From Kofleriaceae bacterium (GTDB lineage: Bacteria > Myxococcota_A > Polyangia > Haliangiales > Haliangiaceae), in NCBI GenBank assembly GCA_965215005.1, contig CBDCCZ010000021.1, positions 25,068 through 89,067 of the forward strand: a stretch of DNA of 64,000 nucleotides. The letters run 5' to 3'. Below, one piece after another: positions 29,160 through 42,463 of the stretch. Position 1 is the stretch's first letter; every line of letters starts with the position of its first letter. A model generated the notes under the pieces. The model was not told the DNA's origin. It made no database searches and worked only from the letters and a program-made list of their open reading frames with translations. Made by a program: the position numbers and the translations under genes.

Positions 29160-30368
29160 ATGGTGCGCCGCGTCGTCACGGGCCTTGTGCTGGTAGTGTT
29201 GACGTTTGCTTCTGCTGTGGCCACAGCAGAGCGGCCGTTCACAATCGCGATCCCGCACCGCAGCGTTCCTGAGCTGCATCTCTATACGATGGGGGCGGGC
29301 GAGTCGCTGTTTCAGCGGTTTGGTCATGCGGCGCTGTGTCTGCACTATCCGGCGCAGCCAACCGCCGATATCTGTTTCAATTACGGCACGACCAACTTCG
29401 AAACGGCTCCTCAGCTGGTTTGGGATGTTTTGCGCGGGGCTGCTCTGTTTTGGGTCGAGACCACAAGTCCGCGCCGAATGGTGCGGCTTTATCGCTATCT
29501 CGACCGAGACATCTGGCGTCAGACTCTTCCTCTCACCGAGGTGCAAGCGGCTCGCGCCGAAGCTCATCTGCTACGCGATGCGCTGCCGCAGAATCGCTTC
29601 TATCGCTACCACCACTTTTTCGACAACTGCACGACGAGGCTGCGAGACATCATCGATGCAGCCACCGATGGGGCGCTGCGTCGTGCAGTTGCTGGGGAGA
29701 CGACGAGCTCGAGCTTTCGAGAGCTCGGCCGTCGCGGCTATGCCTCCCAGACCTGGCTACGGATACTCAGCGACTTCTTCTGGGGCCGAGCGGCCGATCA
29801 TCGGCCCGACGCGTGGGAAGCGATGTTTCTGCCAGCAAACTTGCGTGCTGAGGTCTCTAGGCAGCTCGGCGCGGAGCCGGAGGTGGTTGCGGTCCGTCGC
29901 GCGCAACCGGTGCCGCTCCATGGCCTGAGCGGACGACCGTGGATCGCGCTCGGAGCCTTGCTGCTGACCGCTCCCATCGCGATTGGCTGGGCGCGGGGCC
30001 GCATTCGGGGCGTTTCGCTGCTGCCCGCCAGCGTTGTGCTGGGAGCTCTTGGCACCTCGATCTGGCTCCTCATCGCAGTGAGCGGTTTGCTCGAGCTTCG
30101 CTATAACGAGGCGGTGCTGATGTTTTGGCCGACCGACCTGCTGTTGCCGCTACTGCGCAATGGCCACCGCCGCGCGTACGCTGCCCTGCGGCTAGTGAGC
30201 TGCTTGCTTATCGCGCTTCTCTTGGCGATCGGCGTGTTGGTGCAGCCGCTTTGGGTGCCGATGCTGATGGTGCTGGTGCCGATGACGATCGTCGCTATGC
30301 CGCCTGTGCCGAAACGACGAGCGCCCTCGCAAGCGAGGGCGCCCTCACAACCTATGAATCAGCGCTAG
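29160..30368 (+). CDS. DUF4105 (Lnb-like) membrane protein
   Basis: FGHAAL, FNYG, YRYHHFFDNCTTRLRD and MFLP motifs followed by several TM helices. Confidence 0.85.
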   Translation: MVRRVVTGLVLVVLTFASAVATAERPFTIAIPHRSVPELHLYTMGAGESLFQRFGHAALCLHYPAQPTADICFNYGTTNFETAPQLVWDVLRGAALFWVETTSPRRMVRLYRYLDRDIWRQTLPLTEVQAARAEAHLLRDALPQNRFYRYHHFFDNCTTRLRDIIDAATDGALRRAVAGETTSSSFRELGRRGYASQTWLRILSDFFWGRAADHRPDAWEAMFLPANLRAEVSRQLGAEPEVVAVRRAQPVPLHGLSGRPWIALGALLLTAPIAIGWARGRIRGVSLLPASVVLGALGTSIWLLIAVSGLLELRYNEAVLMFWPTDLLLPLLRNGHRRAYAALRLVSCLLIALLLAIGVLVQPLWVPMLMVLVPMTIVAMPPVPKRRAPSQARAPSQPMNQR

Positions 30369-30808
30369 CTCACGGCGCCGCTGCGACGGTGCGCTTCGAC
30401 CATAGCCGAAGCCCAGTCGTGGCGATCCTTGACGTTTCTCCACTCGCCATCCTGAGCCTGGTCTTTATATGCGGCGAGCTCGGCGGTGGCCTGCTCGAGA
30501 GCAGCTTCGGCCGCGCGGGCATCGACCTGCGAGCCGGCGACCGCCTGGCCGACGAGAATTTCGACCTGGCCTTGCTGCGAGACCCGCAGATAGCCGCGCC
30601 CGACGGCGAAGACCTGCTTGCGCATCTGCCCGATCATCAGCACGCCCGGGTGCAGCGCCGTGAGGAACGGGATGTGGCCCGGCATGACCTCGAACTCGCC
30701 GAGCTCGCCGGGCGCGGTGACGGCGTCAGTCGCGCCCTCGGTGATGGGCCCGTTGGGAGTCACCACGTTGACGTGCAGCGAGCCGGTTGCAGAAAACTCA
30801 TCCGCCAT
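30365..30808 (-). CDS. atpC: ATP synthase F1 epsilon subunit
   Basis: VVTP, PG..GEF..MPGH.PF motifs; last gene of the operon. Confidence 0.97.
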   Translation of the reverse strand: MADEFSATGSLHVNVVTPNGPITEGATDAVTAPGELGEFEVMPGHIPFLTALHPGVLMIGQMRKQVFAVGRGYLRVSQQGQVEILVGQAVAGSQVDARAAEAALEQATAELAAYKDQAQDGEWRNVKDRHDWASAMVEAHRRSGAVS

Positions 30809-30810
30809 CG

Positions 30811-33172
<2,362 letters not shown>

Positions 33173-33176
33173 GGGC

Positions 33177-34710
<1,534 letters not shown>

Positions 34711-34762
34711 GTCTAATCCTCGTTGTCAGGTGCACGGGGGCGCACGCTGCGATGAAACTCGG

Positions 34763-35302
34763 TTACTCGACCAATCCCTCGCGCATGAGCTCGAGCTGGG
34801 TGCGAAGGCTGCCGTCGTAGACGAGGTCGCCTACCTTGGCGACCACGCCGCCGAGCAGCTCTGGGTCTTCCCGTCGCTCGAGCTGCACTTTCTTACCGCT
34901 GAGCCTCTCGAGAACGGCCTGGAGCTGCTCCACCTGCGCAGGCGACATTGGCGAAGCACTAACGACCTCCGCCGTGGTACGGCCGACGCGCTCGTCAATC
35001 ATGGCGTCGAGCTCGCGGCTGATGTCGGGTACCGCGCCGATCCGCTCGCCATCGAGCAGTAGCAGACAAAAGTTGCGGGTGACGGTCGACGCACCGAGCC
35101 GTGCGAGTATCGCCTCGAGCAAGTTGCGCCGCTCGTCACGCGTGAACGAGGAGCTGGTGAGGACATTGCTGAGCTCCTCAGAGGAGCGCATTGCCGCAGC
35201 CAAGCTACCGAGCTCGCGACCGAGCTGCTCATAGTTATTGTTGTCGACGCCGATGCTCATCAGCGCGCGGGCATAACGGCGTGCAAGACTGCCAGTAACC
35301 AT
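34763..35302 (-). CDS. atpH: ATP synthase delta subunit
   Basis: ARRYARAL; DPELLGG...VGD.VYDGS. Confidence 0.97.
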   Translation of the reverse strand: MVTGSLARRYARALMSIGVDNNNYEQLGRELGSLAAAMRSSEELSNVLTSSSFTRDERRNLLEAILARLGASTVTRNFCLLLLDGERIGAVPDISRELDAMIDERVGRTTAEVVSASPMSPAQVEQLQAVLERLSGKKVQLERREDPELLGGVVAKVGDLVYDGSLRTQLELMREGLVE

Positions 35303-36069
35303 TAGATGCGCTCCTGAGCCGGCTGTTTGCCGCCAGCGTCGATGCTCGCGATGAAGTCGTCGACGAGTGCCTTCTTGTCGCCAGGCGTGGCCCGCTCGCG
35401 AAGGATCGCCTCCGCGGCGGCGAGAGCCTTGGCAACGACCTCACGCTCGATCTCGTAGCGAGCACGCTCGATTTCGGCGGCGATGCGGCTGTCGGCATCG
35501 CGGCGGAGCGCCGCTGCTTGTGCCTCGGCGTCGGCGATGATGCGCTTGCGCTCGGCTTCGGCATCCGTGCGAATGCCTTTGATGAGCGCGTCGACCTCGG
35601 TCTCGGCGTCGCGAATGCGACTCTCGTATTCGGCGAGCTTATCGGCGGCCCGCTGCCTGAGCAGCTTGGCCTCATCGAGCGACTGCTTGAAGGTGAGGTG
35701 GCGCTTCTCGACCGCGCGGCGAATGATCGGCCGCACCTTCCAGCCGAGAATGACAAGCACGAGGGCGAAGTTGCCAACTAGATACAAGAACGGCGGCGAC
35801 ATTGGCTCTTGCGCCGTGAGCGGAATTGGCTGGCCAGCGGCATTGAGGCCGCTGCCGAGCATCCCGCCGCAGACGTTCTTGCTCTTGTAACCAAGATCGA
35901 GCCAGTTGACGCCGCACATAGGATGACCGCCCATCTCGGCGGCCTGCTCGAGACCGTGCTCACCATCGGCGACCTGCGGCGCGGCGTTCGCCACGTCGCT
36001 AGCGAGCATCGCCAGCGAACCGAGAAGCGCGGCGGCGCATACCTTCAGGACCTGCATTGCTCGCTGCAT
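35302..36069 (-). CDS. atpF: ATP synthase F0 b subunit with an N-terminal signal peptide and extension
   Basis: NF..L TM helix followed by a long coiled coil; position in the operon. Confidence 0.9.
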   Translation of the reverse strand: MQRAMQVLKVCAAALLGSLAMLASDVANAAPQVADGEHGLEQAAEMGGHPMCGVNWLDLGYKSKNVCGGMLGSGLNAAGQPIPLTAQEPMSPPFLYLVGNFALVLVILGWKVRPIIRRAVEKRHLTFKQSLDEAKLLRQRAADKLAEYESRIRDAETEVDALIKGIRTDAEAERKRIIADAEAQAAALRRDADSRIAAEIERARYEIEREVVAKALAAAEAILRERATPGDKKALVDDFIASIDAGGKQPAQERI

Positions 36070-36536
36070 CAGGCGACCTTCCGTCCGAGGAGCTTAGAAA
36101 CGATGCCCACTGCCAGCGACTCCGCTCGCGGCAGGAGCTCACTGCGAGCGGCATTGGCCTCGATTTGTACGCGAGCCCGCGCGGCATCGAGTGCGCCCTG
36201 GGCTTCGGAGCGAGCGCGGTCGGTGACCTCGCGCTCGTGCTCGGCGGCCTCTGCGCGAATTTTGCGCTGTTCGTCGCGCGCACGCGTTCGGGCACCGGCG
36301 AGCTTCTCTTCATAGCCGGCGAGCTTGCTGTCGGCTTCGGCCGACATGCGTTCGGCCTCGCCTCGTGAGCCTTCGACTGCTTCCACACGTTCTTCACGAA
36401 GCCGCATGTACGGCTTGAAGAGCAGGGCGCTCGCCGCTAGCGCGGTCACCAAGAAGATGCCGAGCTGAACGAAGAACGTGTAGTCAAAGTCGATGAGCGG
36501 GGCGGCGGCGAGCGTCTGCAGCACCGGCAATTGCAT
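36069..36536 (-). CDS. atpF: ATP synthase F0 b' subunit
   Basis: D.TFFVQL.IFL..LLFKP TM + coiled coil ending KLLGR; second b-type subunit. Confidence 0.92.
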   Translation of the reverse strand: MQLPVLQTLAAAPLIDFDYTFFVQLGIFLVTALAASALLFKPYMRLREERVEAVEGSRGEAERMSAEADSKLAGYEEKLAGARTRARDEQRKIRAEAAEHEREVTDRARSEAQGALDAARARVQIEANAARSELLPRAESLAVGIVSKLLGRKVA

Positions 36537-36589
36537 GGCAACCTCTTGAAAAGACGTGGAGTTTGACCGGCCGGGATCGAGTCGCGCCG

Positions 36590-36618
36590 CTTATACGCTG
36601 GCCCACGCGGCGTGTCAA
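36590..36618 (-). promoter_or_regulatory. sigma70 promoter of the atp operon
   Basis: TTGACA-N17-TATAAG. Confidence 0.8.
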
Positions 36619-36754
36619 CCGCGTCGAGAGGGGCCGGTCCATGGACAATGGGATGCAAGCGCCGCCGGTTTCGCGTCGTGCAACGGGCTTGGGCGGAAGC
36701 ATCGCTGTAGCGAGATTTCGCGAGGCGAGGGTGCGGTGAATTGCCGCGCCGGCG

Positions 36755-37252
36755 CTACTTGCCGCCGCTCTTGCCTTTGGGCGCCGGAGGTGGCGCATTG
36801 GAGCTGGCTGCCGGGCTGCCGGTATCGAGCTCCGCGGGGGTCCCCCCGACGGCACTCATCGACGTGCCGGACGCCACTGCGGACCGCCGCGCCCCGCTCA
36901 CAGCGTCTTCCATGAACGAGCGGCCTTCGAAGATCACACCCTTGTCGATCTGCAGCGACGGACTGGTGAGGTCGCCTTTGACGCGGCCCGGCGCGTGAAT
37001 CTCGATGCCGCGCTTGGCGCGGATGTTGCCGACGACGGTGCCTTGAATGATGATCTCGCCGATATCGACTTCAGCTTCGACGTGAGCCCCTTCGCCGACG
37101 ACCAGCACATCATCCGAAAACACCTCGCCTTTGAGGGTTCCGTCGATGCGGACCGTGCCCTCGAAGGTGAGCTTGCCCTCGAACTCGCTGCCACGCCCTA
37201 AAAGAGTATTGATCTCGCCGACTACCGACTGTGAACGCGCGGGATTCGCCAT
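36755..37252 (-). CDS. Bactofilin (polymer-forming cytoskeletal protein)
   Basis: TLLGRGSEFEGKLTFEGTVRIDG...G.V.GNI.A...V.GD...L.I..G..FEG beta-helix signature; Pro/Ala-rich tail. Confidence 0.93.
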   Translation of the reverse strand: MANPARSQSVVGEINTLLGRGSEFEGKLTFEGTVRIDGTLKGEVFSDDVLVVGEGAHVEAEVDIGEIIIQGTVVGNIRAKRGIEIHAPGRVKGDLTSPSLQIDKGVIFEGRSFMEDAVSGARRSAVASGTSMSAVGGTPAELDTGSPAASSNAPPPAPKGKSGGK

Positions 37253-37351
37253 GTGCCCTCTTCCGTTTGAGCGGCTCGACGGTAGCACAGCCGCTCTCGC
37301 CCTCGCGCGGCATGAGCCGTTTTCCACCGGCTCCTCCACTAGTAGACTGAG

Positions 37352-37942
37352 ATGATGTCGCCGGACACTCAGCGCGCCTACAAGCTGCGCGTGGTCGAAG
37401 ATGCCGATGCATCGACGACTCCGGCGGATGACGCGGCGCTCGACCTCGACGCGGTGTTTCGCCGCTATGCCCCTTACGTCGCGAAGATCGGCTATCGCTT
37501 GCTCGGGCGCGATCACGAGGTTGACGACCTAGTTCAAGATGTATTTCTCGCCGCGTACAAGGGACTTGGCTCGCTGCGCACCCCGGAAGCAATCACTGGC
37601 TGGCTCGCGACCGTCACGGTGCGGTTGGCTCGCCGCCGCCTTAAGTCGCGGCGGCTGCGCGTAATTCTGCATTTAGATGAAGTAACCGATTATCTGCAGC
37701 TCGCCGACGGCGCGGCGTCGCCGGAGAAGCGCGCGCAGGTGGCGCAGCTGTACCGGGTGCTCGATCGAGTACCGGTGGATCATCGACTAGCGTGGAGCCT
37801 TCGCTTCGTCGAAGGAGAGACTTTGGAGCGAGTCGCAGAGCTCTGTGGTTGCAGCTTGGCAACCGCAAAGCGGCGCATCAAGGCGGCTCGCGAAGCGATC
37901 GACGAGGCGGTGGCGCATGGAGGCGGTGCTCATGAAGGATAG
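37352..37942 (+). CDS. ECF RNA polymerase sigma factor
   Basis: DDLVQDVFL, WL..V region 2; EG.TLE.VAE..GCS.ATAKRR region 4. Confidence 0.93.
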   Translation: MMSPDTQRAYKLRVVEDADASTTPADDAALDLDAVFRRYAPYVAKIGYRLLGRDHEVDDLVQDVFLAAYKGLGSLRTPEAITGWLATVTVRLARRRLKSRRLRVILHLDEVTDYLQLADGAASPEKRAQVAQLYRVLDRVPVDHRLAWSLRFVEGETLERVAELCGCSLATAKRRIKAAREAIDEAVAHGGGAHEG

Positions 37943-39005
37943 CGCCGCAGAGCTCGCCGAGATGGTCACCGACTGCGAGTGGGATGCAGCGCGAACCGAT
38001 CGCGCATGGCGAGGATTGTCGCGAAAACGCCGTCGGCGGGCGGCGGTGCGTGCCGCGAGCGCCGCCGCGTTGGTGCTCCTAGTGGGCGGCAGCGTCTGGG
38101 CCGCGCGCGCCCCCCAGGTCGGCGACGGCAGCGTTGCACGCTCTGCAGTGGCCGCGGCGCCGGCTGCCCCCGAGGCGCTCGAGTTTCCGCCCGACGCCAT
38201 CGAGGTGGCCGACATCGTCGCAGAAGAGACGGGCGCGCGCGCGCGGGTGCTCGCCAATGCGCCGGAGCGTACCGCGCTGGTCGTGGTGGACGGCAAGCAC
38301 CGCATTCGCCTCCCGCGCGACCACTCGCATCAGGTCGAGGTCGTCGCCGGAGACGTCACCATCAACGTCTATGCTGCGGAGTTCTCCGTAGCTCGCTACG
38401 ATGAAGCCACGGAAGTGTGGGCTCACGATGGCGACCTTCGCGTCGTCTATCACGGCAAAACCGTGCTGCTTCAAGAAGGTGCGCATCGGCGATTCGGGTC
38501 GTCGGCGTCGCTGGCACCGGCTCCTGCTCGCGAACGTGCCGCCATCGCCGATGTGCCTGACTGGCGGCCGCTGGCGCGCGATGGCAACTACGAGCGCGCG
38601 CATCAGCTTTTGAACGTCCATGGCGGACTTGGTGATCGGGTCGAGGATTTGCTGCTCGCCGCCGATGTCTATCGCATCACGAGTCATCCCGATCAGGCCG
38701 CCAAGGTTCTCGATCAGGTGGTGACACGCCATCGTCGCGATCCGCGCGCCGCCTTGGCCGCATTCACGCTAGGTCGCGTGCTGCTCGATGATCTCGGGCG
38801 TCCGACCGCGGCGGCACGTGCTTTCGCCACCGCGCGTGAGCTCGCTCCGGCGGGCGCGCTCGCCGAAGACGCGCTAGCGCGCGAGGTCGAAGCGTGGTCG
38901 AAAGCCGGCCAGCAAACCCGTGCCCGCCAGCAAGCCCAGCGCTATATCGACTCTTATCCGCGTGGCCACCGCACGCGAGCTGTGAGACAGTATGGCGCCT
39001 TGTGA
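37932..39005 (+). CDS. Anti-sigma factor-like protein (TM + FecR-like + TPR)
   Basis: Overlaps the sigma gene; basic patch then TM helix; V.AGDV...V....FSV segment; C-terminal LAEDALAREVEA...Y...YP.G TPR-like segment. Confidence 0.8.
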   Translation: MKDSAAELAEMVTDCEWDAARTDRAWRGLSRKRRRRAAVRAASAAALVLLVGGSVWAARAPQVGDGSVARSAVAAAPAAPEALEFPPDAIEVADIVAEETGARARVLANAPERTALVVVDGKHRIRLPRDHSHQVEVVAGDVTINVYAAEFSVARYDEATEVWAHDGDLRVVYHGKTVLLQEGAHRRFGSSASLAPAPARERAAIADVPDWRPLARDGNYERAHQLLNVHGGLGDRVEDLLLAADVYRITSHPDQAAKVLDQVVTRHRRDPRAALAAFTLGRVLLDDLGRPTAAARAFATARELAPAGALAEDALAREVEAWSKAGQQTRARQQAQRYIDSYPRGHRTRAVRQYGAL

Positions 39006-39973
39006 CGCCTCGCTGTTCGATCGCTAGCCAGCTCATCCTGCTCTCGGTCGCCGCTCTCGTCACTACAGCCACCGTTCGCGCCGAGTCCGAGGCCGGCGTG
39101 ACTCTCGTGGTCGACTCGTGTGTAGAAGCCGATGCGGCGCTGATTCGGCGACACTTCTTTGTCGAGCTGGGCAGTGCCGCGCATTCCACCGACGGCGCTC
39201 AGGCGCACGCCGAGCTCAACTGCGATGGCGACCTCATCGTGCTGCGCGTCAACGATCTGGTCACGGGCAAGTCGCTCACGCGGCGGATTGCGAGCGGCGC
39301 GCGCAAAGGCCGCGAACGATTGTTGGCGTTGGCGGTCATGGAGCTCTTGGTCGCGAGCTGGATCGAGCTCGAAACCGAGCCGATGGTGCCGCCGGCGAAC
39401 ACCGTGCGCAACGAACGCGCGACCGCGAATGCGCGGCGGGTGGTTCGGAGCCGGCTGCTTCGTTCGGCGTGGGCGACGACGGTTGCGGTGGGGCCGCTGG
39501 TGAGAGCGTGGGCTGGTGGCGCGGCGTATGGCGGCAGCGTCCGACTCATGCGCGAGCATCGCAGCGGCCTCGGCTTCACCATCGACATGGGCGCCAGTCA
39601 GCGCCACGACGAGCAGGAGCTCGGCGACGTCAGCCTCAGCCTGATCGACGTGGCGAGCATTGCGCATGGGGTGCTGCCGTTTGGCAGGCTGCGGTTGCGC
39701 GGTGGCCTCGGCGGGCGCCTGGGGTATGCCATCATCGACGGCCGTGCTACCGACCCTGCCGTGGCCCGCGGCGGCCGCGTCACCGGTGCCCTCTTTGGCG
39801 GGCTCGCGCGCGTCGAAGCCGAGGTCGAGCTGCTCATGGAGCTTCGCGCCCTTGCCAGCTTCGATGCGGGTTACGCGCTTCGTGGCGTGCGCGGCCGCGT
39901 CACCGATGGGCAGGACAGCGCGTTGGCCGGCGGATGGCTGACAGCGCAGCTCGCGGTAGGCTGGAGTTGGTGA
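39002..39973 (+). CDS. Exported / outer-membrane beta-barrel-like protein of the ECF cassette
   Basis: Signal peptide; ERLLALAVMELL segment; amphipathic strands ending in VGWSW; GTGA overlap. Confidence 0.7.
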   Translation: MTPRCSIASQLILLSVAALVTTATVRAESEAGVTLVVDSCVEADAALIRRHFFVELGSAAHSTDGAQAHAELNCDGDLIVLRVNDLVTGKSLTRRIASGARKGRERLLALAVMELLVASWIELETEPMVPPANTVRNERATANARRVVRSRLLRSAWATTVAVGPLVRAWAGGAAYGGSVRLMREHRSGLGFTIDMGASQRHDEQELGDVSLSLIDVASIAHGVLPFGRLRLRGGLGGRLGYAIIDGRATDPAVARGGRVTGALFGGLARVEAEVELLMELRALASFDAGYALRGVRGRVTDGQDSALAGGWLTAQLAVGWSW

Positions 39974-40890
39974 TGCGCTCGGTGGCGATGCTTTGTTGTG
40001 TGCTGCTTTGTTGTGTGCTGCTTGGCTGTGTGCTGCTTGGCTGCAGCGCTCACGAGGGCGACGTGCTGTCGCGACTCGACTACGACGGAGGCGATGGTAG
40101 TGGCAATGATGGCAGCTGCCCGGCGGTTGGCGTATGCCCAACGCCGCCACCAGGCGACCTGACGATCTGCGGTCGCGTGGTGGATCTCGAGACCTCCGAA
40201 AGCCTTACCGGCGCTGCCGAGCGCCCTCAAGTGCGAATCTTCGACTTCTTCGAGCTCAGCACCGCTCCGTTTGATCCCAACGCGCTGGCGATCGTCGAGC
40301 CGGATGCGTGCGGCTGGTTTCACGCCACCATCGACGCGTTTTTGGGAATCGCCGTGCTCAACACCGGCAACCTTCCGCCGGCTGCGAGTGATCCGGGCTT
40401 CTCTTCAGTCATATCCATCGTGCAAGTGAGTTCGCCGGGGCAAGCGCTGCGCGCCAACGCCTTCGCATTGCGTCGCGCAACCGATGCAGCGTGGGCGGCA
40501 AGTGCTGGGTTGTCATCGGCAATGGTGAGCGATCGAGGCGCGATGCTGCCAATCTTCGTCGATCTCGGCGAGCCGGCCGTGGGGCCGTTTCAAGGCGCAC
40601 CGGCCGCGGGCGTTGCTGTCACCATCAACGATGCGCCTCCAGGGGAAGCGTTTTATTTCGCCGATCGAGGTCCGCTTACCCGCAGCACGGTGGATGCAGC
40701 GCTCACGGCGACCACCGCCAACGGCGCGGTCTTCTTGTTTGGCGGCGGCATGTTCCCGAGCATTCTCAGTGGCGCGTTGCCGGGGTGTCGGTTTGGCCAA
40801 GTCAACGGCGTAATCATCCCGGGCGTGCTGCAAGTGCAGGAGCTCTCCGGCTCTTGTTCGGCGTTGCGACCTCGAGCACTTCGTGAGTGA
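39973..40890 (+). CDS. Uncharacterised lipoprotein (paralog of 52344..53417)
   Basis: Lipobox LLGC; TGATG overlap; shared blocks with 52344..53417. Confidence 0.8.
   Translation: MRSVAMLCCVLLCCVLLGCVLLGCSAHEGDVLSRLDYDGGDGSGNDGSCPAVGVCPTPPPGDLTICGRVVDLETSESLTGAAERPQVRIFDFFELSTAPFDPNALAIVEPDACGWFHATIDAFLGIAVLNTGNLPPAASDPGFSSVISIVQVSSPGQALRANAFALRRATDAAWAASAGLSSAMVSDRGAMLPIFVDLGEPAVGPFQGAPAAGVAVTINDAPPGEAFYFADRGPLTRSTVDAALTATTANGAVFLFGGGMFPSILSGALPGCRFGQVNGVIIPGVLQVQELSGSCSALRPRALRE
39989..40043 (+). repeat. 15-bp tandem repeat (about 3.7 copies) within a signal peptide
   Basis: TGCTTTGTTGTGTGC x2, TGCTTGGCTGTGTGC, TGCTTGGCTG, encoding LCCVL-LCCVL-LGCVL-LGC. Confidence 0.9.
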
Positions 40891-41077
40891 AGCTCGGCAT
40901 GCAGCTTACGCTGATTGCTTCTTGCGTAGGAAAAGCGCTCCTGCAAGAGCGTCTGCTGAGCTGGTTGCGCGGCACGCCCGCACTACGGTGATAACGGACC
41001 GCAGAGTGCGTTAGCGCGCTTGCGCGGTATCTTGTTGCAAGACTGGAATCGCCCGCCGGGAAGCAGGAGATTCATCG

Positions 41078-41782
41078 ATGTTGCGTTGTTCTTTGTTGTT
41101 CCTAGTGATGGCAGGACTCGTTGGCTGCGCCGCCGACCCTACCGAGACGCCGCCGGACACGGATGTGACCTCGAGCGAGATCGAGTTGGTCGACACCAAC
41201 GGTGATGGTTCCGCCGATGCCATCGACCTCGATGGCGATGGCACGCCCGACTTCTCCCTCGATGAGTGGCCCGGGTGCTTTCCGTTCGTCGATGCCGATG
41301 GCGACGGTCATGCCGATGGCGTGGATGTCGACTGCGATGGCCAAGCCGATATCGAGTGGTGCGATGCTCCTCTCATCGATAACGACGGTGACGGTCGCGT
41401 CGACGGCATCGACTTCGACTGCGATGGCCAAGCTGACGTGGACGTTGGAGCGCCGCCGGCGCAGCCTAGCGGCGCTGCATGCCGTCCCGAGCCCATCGAC
41501 AGCGATGCAGACGGTCGCCCAGATTCGATCGACCTCGACTGCGACGGCGTTGGAGACCTCGAGCTTCCCTCGCTGCCATCGGACGGTTGTCGACCGGAGC
41601 CATTGGACACCGACGGCGATGGTCGCCCGGATGCGATTGACCTCGACTGTGACGGCGCCGGAGACCTCGACCTTCCTCACGCGCCCGATATCTGCATCCC
41701 GATGCCGCTAGACAGCGACGGCGACGGCCGCTTCGACGGTATCGATCTCGACTGCGACGGTGCCGCGGACCACTCGTTCTAG
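41078..41782 (+). CDS. Acidic lipoprotein built of DxDxDG (putative Ca-binding) repeats
   Basis: SD AGGAG; lipobox LVGC; six DxDGDGxxDxIDxD(C/G)DGxxD-type units. Confidence 0.85.
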   Translation: MLRCSLLFLVMAGLVGCAADPTETPPDTDVTSSEIELVDTNGDGSADAIDLDGDGTPDFSLDEWPGCFPFVDADGDGHADGVDVDCDGQADIEWCDAPLIDNDGDGRVDGIDFDCDGQADVDVGAPPAQPSGAACRPEPIDSDADGRPDSIDLDCDGVGDLELPSLPSDGCRPEPLDTDGDGRPDAIDLDCDGAGDLDLPHAPDICIPMPLDSDGDGRFDGIDLDCDGAADHSF

Positions 41783-41814
41783 CCGAACGAGTCGCAAGAC
41801 CCAGCGGAGCTTCG

Positions 41815-41851
41815 GCCCTCGCCCGGCGCTAACAGCCGTCGCGGCGAGGGC
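41815..41851. terminator. Hairpin between convergent genes
   Basis: GCCCTCGCC...GGCGAGGGC stem. Confidence 0.55.
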
Positions 41852-41910
41852 TTATAGTCGTGTCAATCCAGAACCCGCCTCGGTCGTTGGCCGGATGAGA
41901 TGGAAGCGGA

Positions 41911-42327
41911 TCAGCCGCCGAGGTCGTGGGTGATCAGAGCTTCGGAAATATCGCGGACGAGGTCGATGAGCTCGGTGCGCAGGGCGCGGTCGAGCGGCAG
42001 CTGGCCGCAGCTCAGGGCGCGCACGATCGAGCGCATGCCGCCTAGGCAGGCGCGAATCTCGACACCGTAGGCGCCCATGGTCGGCTGGCTCTGGGGGTCG
42101 GCCATTGTCTTGCGGAGCTCAGCCAAAAGCCGCTCGCACATCATGAGATCGGGCAATGAGCCGGCCGACGATAGGGCGCTGGCAACCGACTCGAGCCATT
42201 GCACGAAAGGCTCGAGCCGGTGGCGTTCGAGGGGATTGGTCTCGGCACGCTGCAGTGCGTCGTCAGACGACGCGCGAGAAGAGCGCTGCACCGTTTCAAC
42301 CTTGGAGGAGCCGCTGCGGGTAGACAA
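41911..42327 (-). CDS. Hypothetical helical protein
   Basis: ORF with protein-like composition; start uncertain; the frame stays open up to the IS junction. Confidence 0.5.
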   Translation of the reverse strand: MSTRSGSSKVETVQRSSRASSDDALQRAETNPLERHRLEPFVQWLESVASALSSAGSLPDLMMCERLLAELRKTMADPQSQPTMGAYGVEIRACLGGMRSIVRALSCGQLPLDRALRTELIDLVRDISEALITHDLGG

Positions 42328-42463
42328 GCTGGGAGCTTTGTCCCACCTCGCCGACGCTGCAGGAATCGTGAGCCGCTCGTATCGCCTGCTTTCTAGTGTT
42401 TCACGACTTCCGCCGTGAACCGCTAGTACCCGGCCACAGGGAAGATGATCGATTCAGGCACCT

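Noticed and set aside
41852..41867. TTGACA-cgac-TATAAG on the minus strand, as a promoter or IS end
   Set aside because: A 4-nt spacer cannot form a promoter, and no partner inverted repeat was found.
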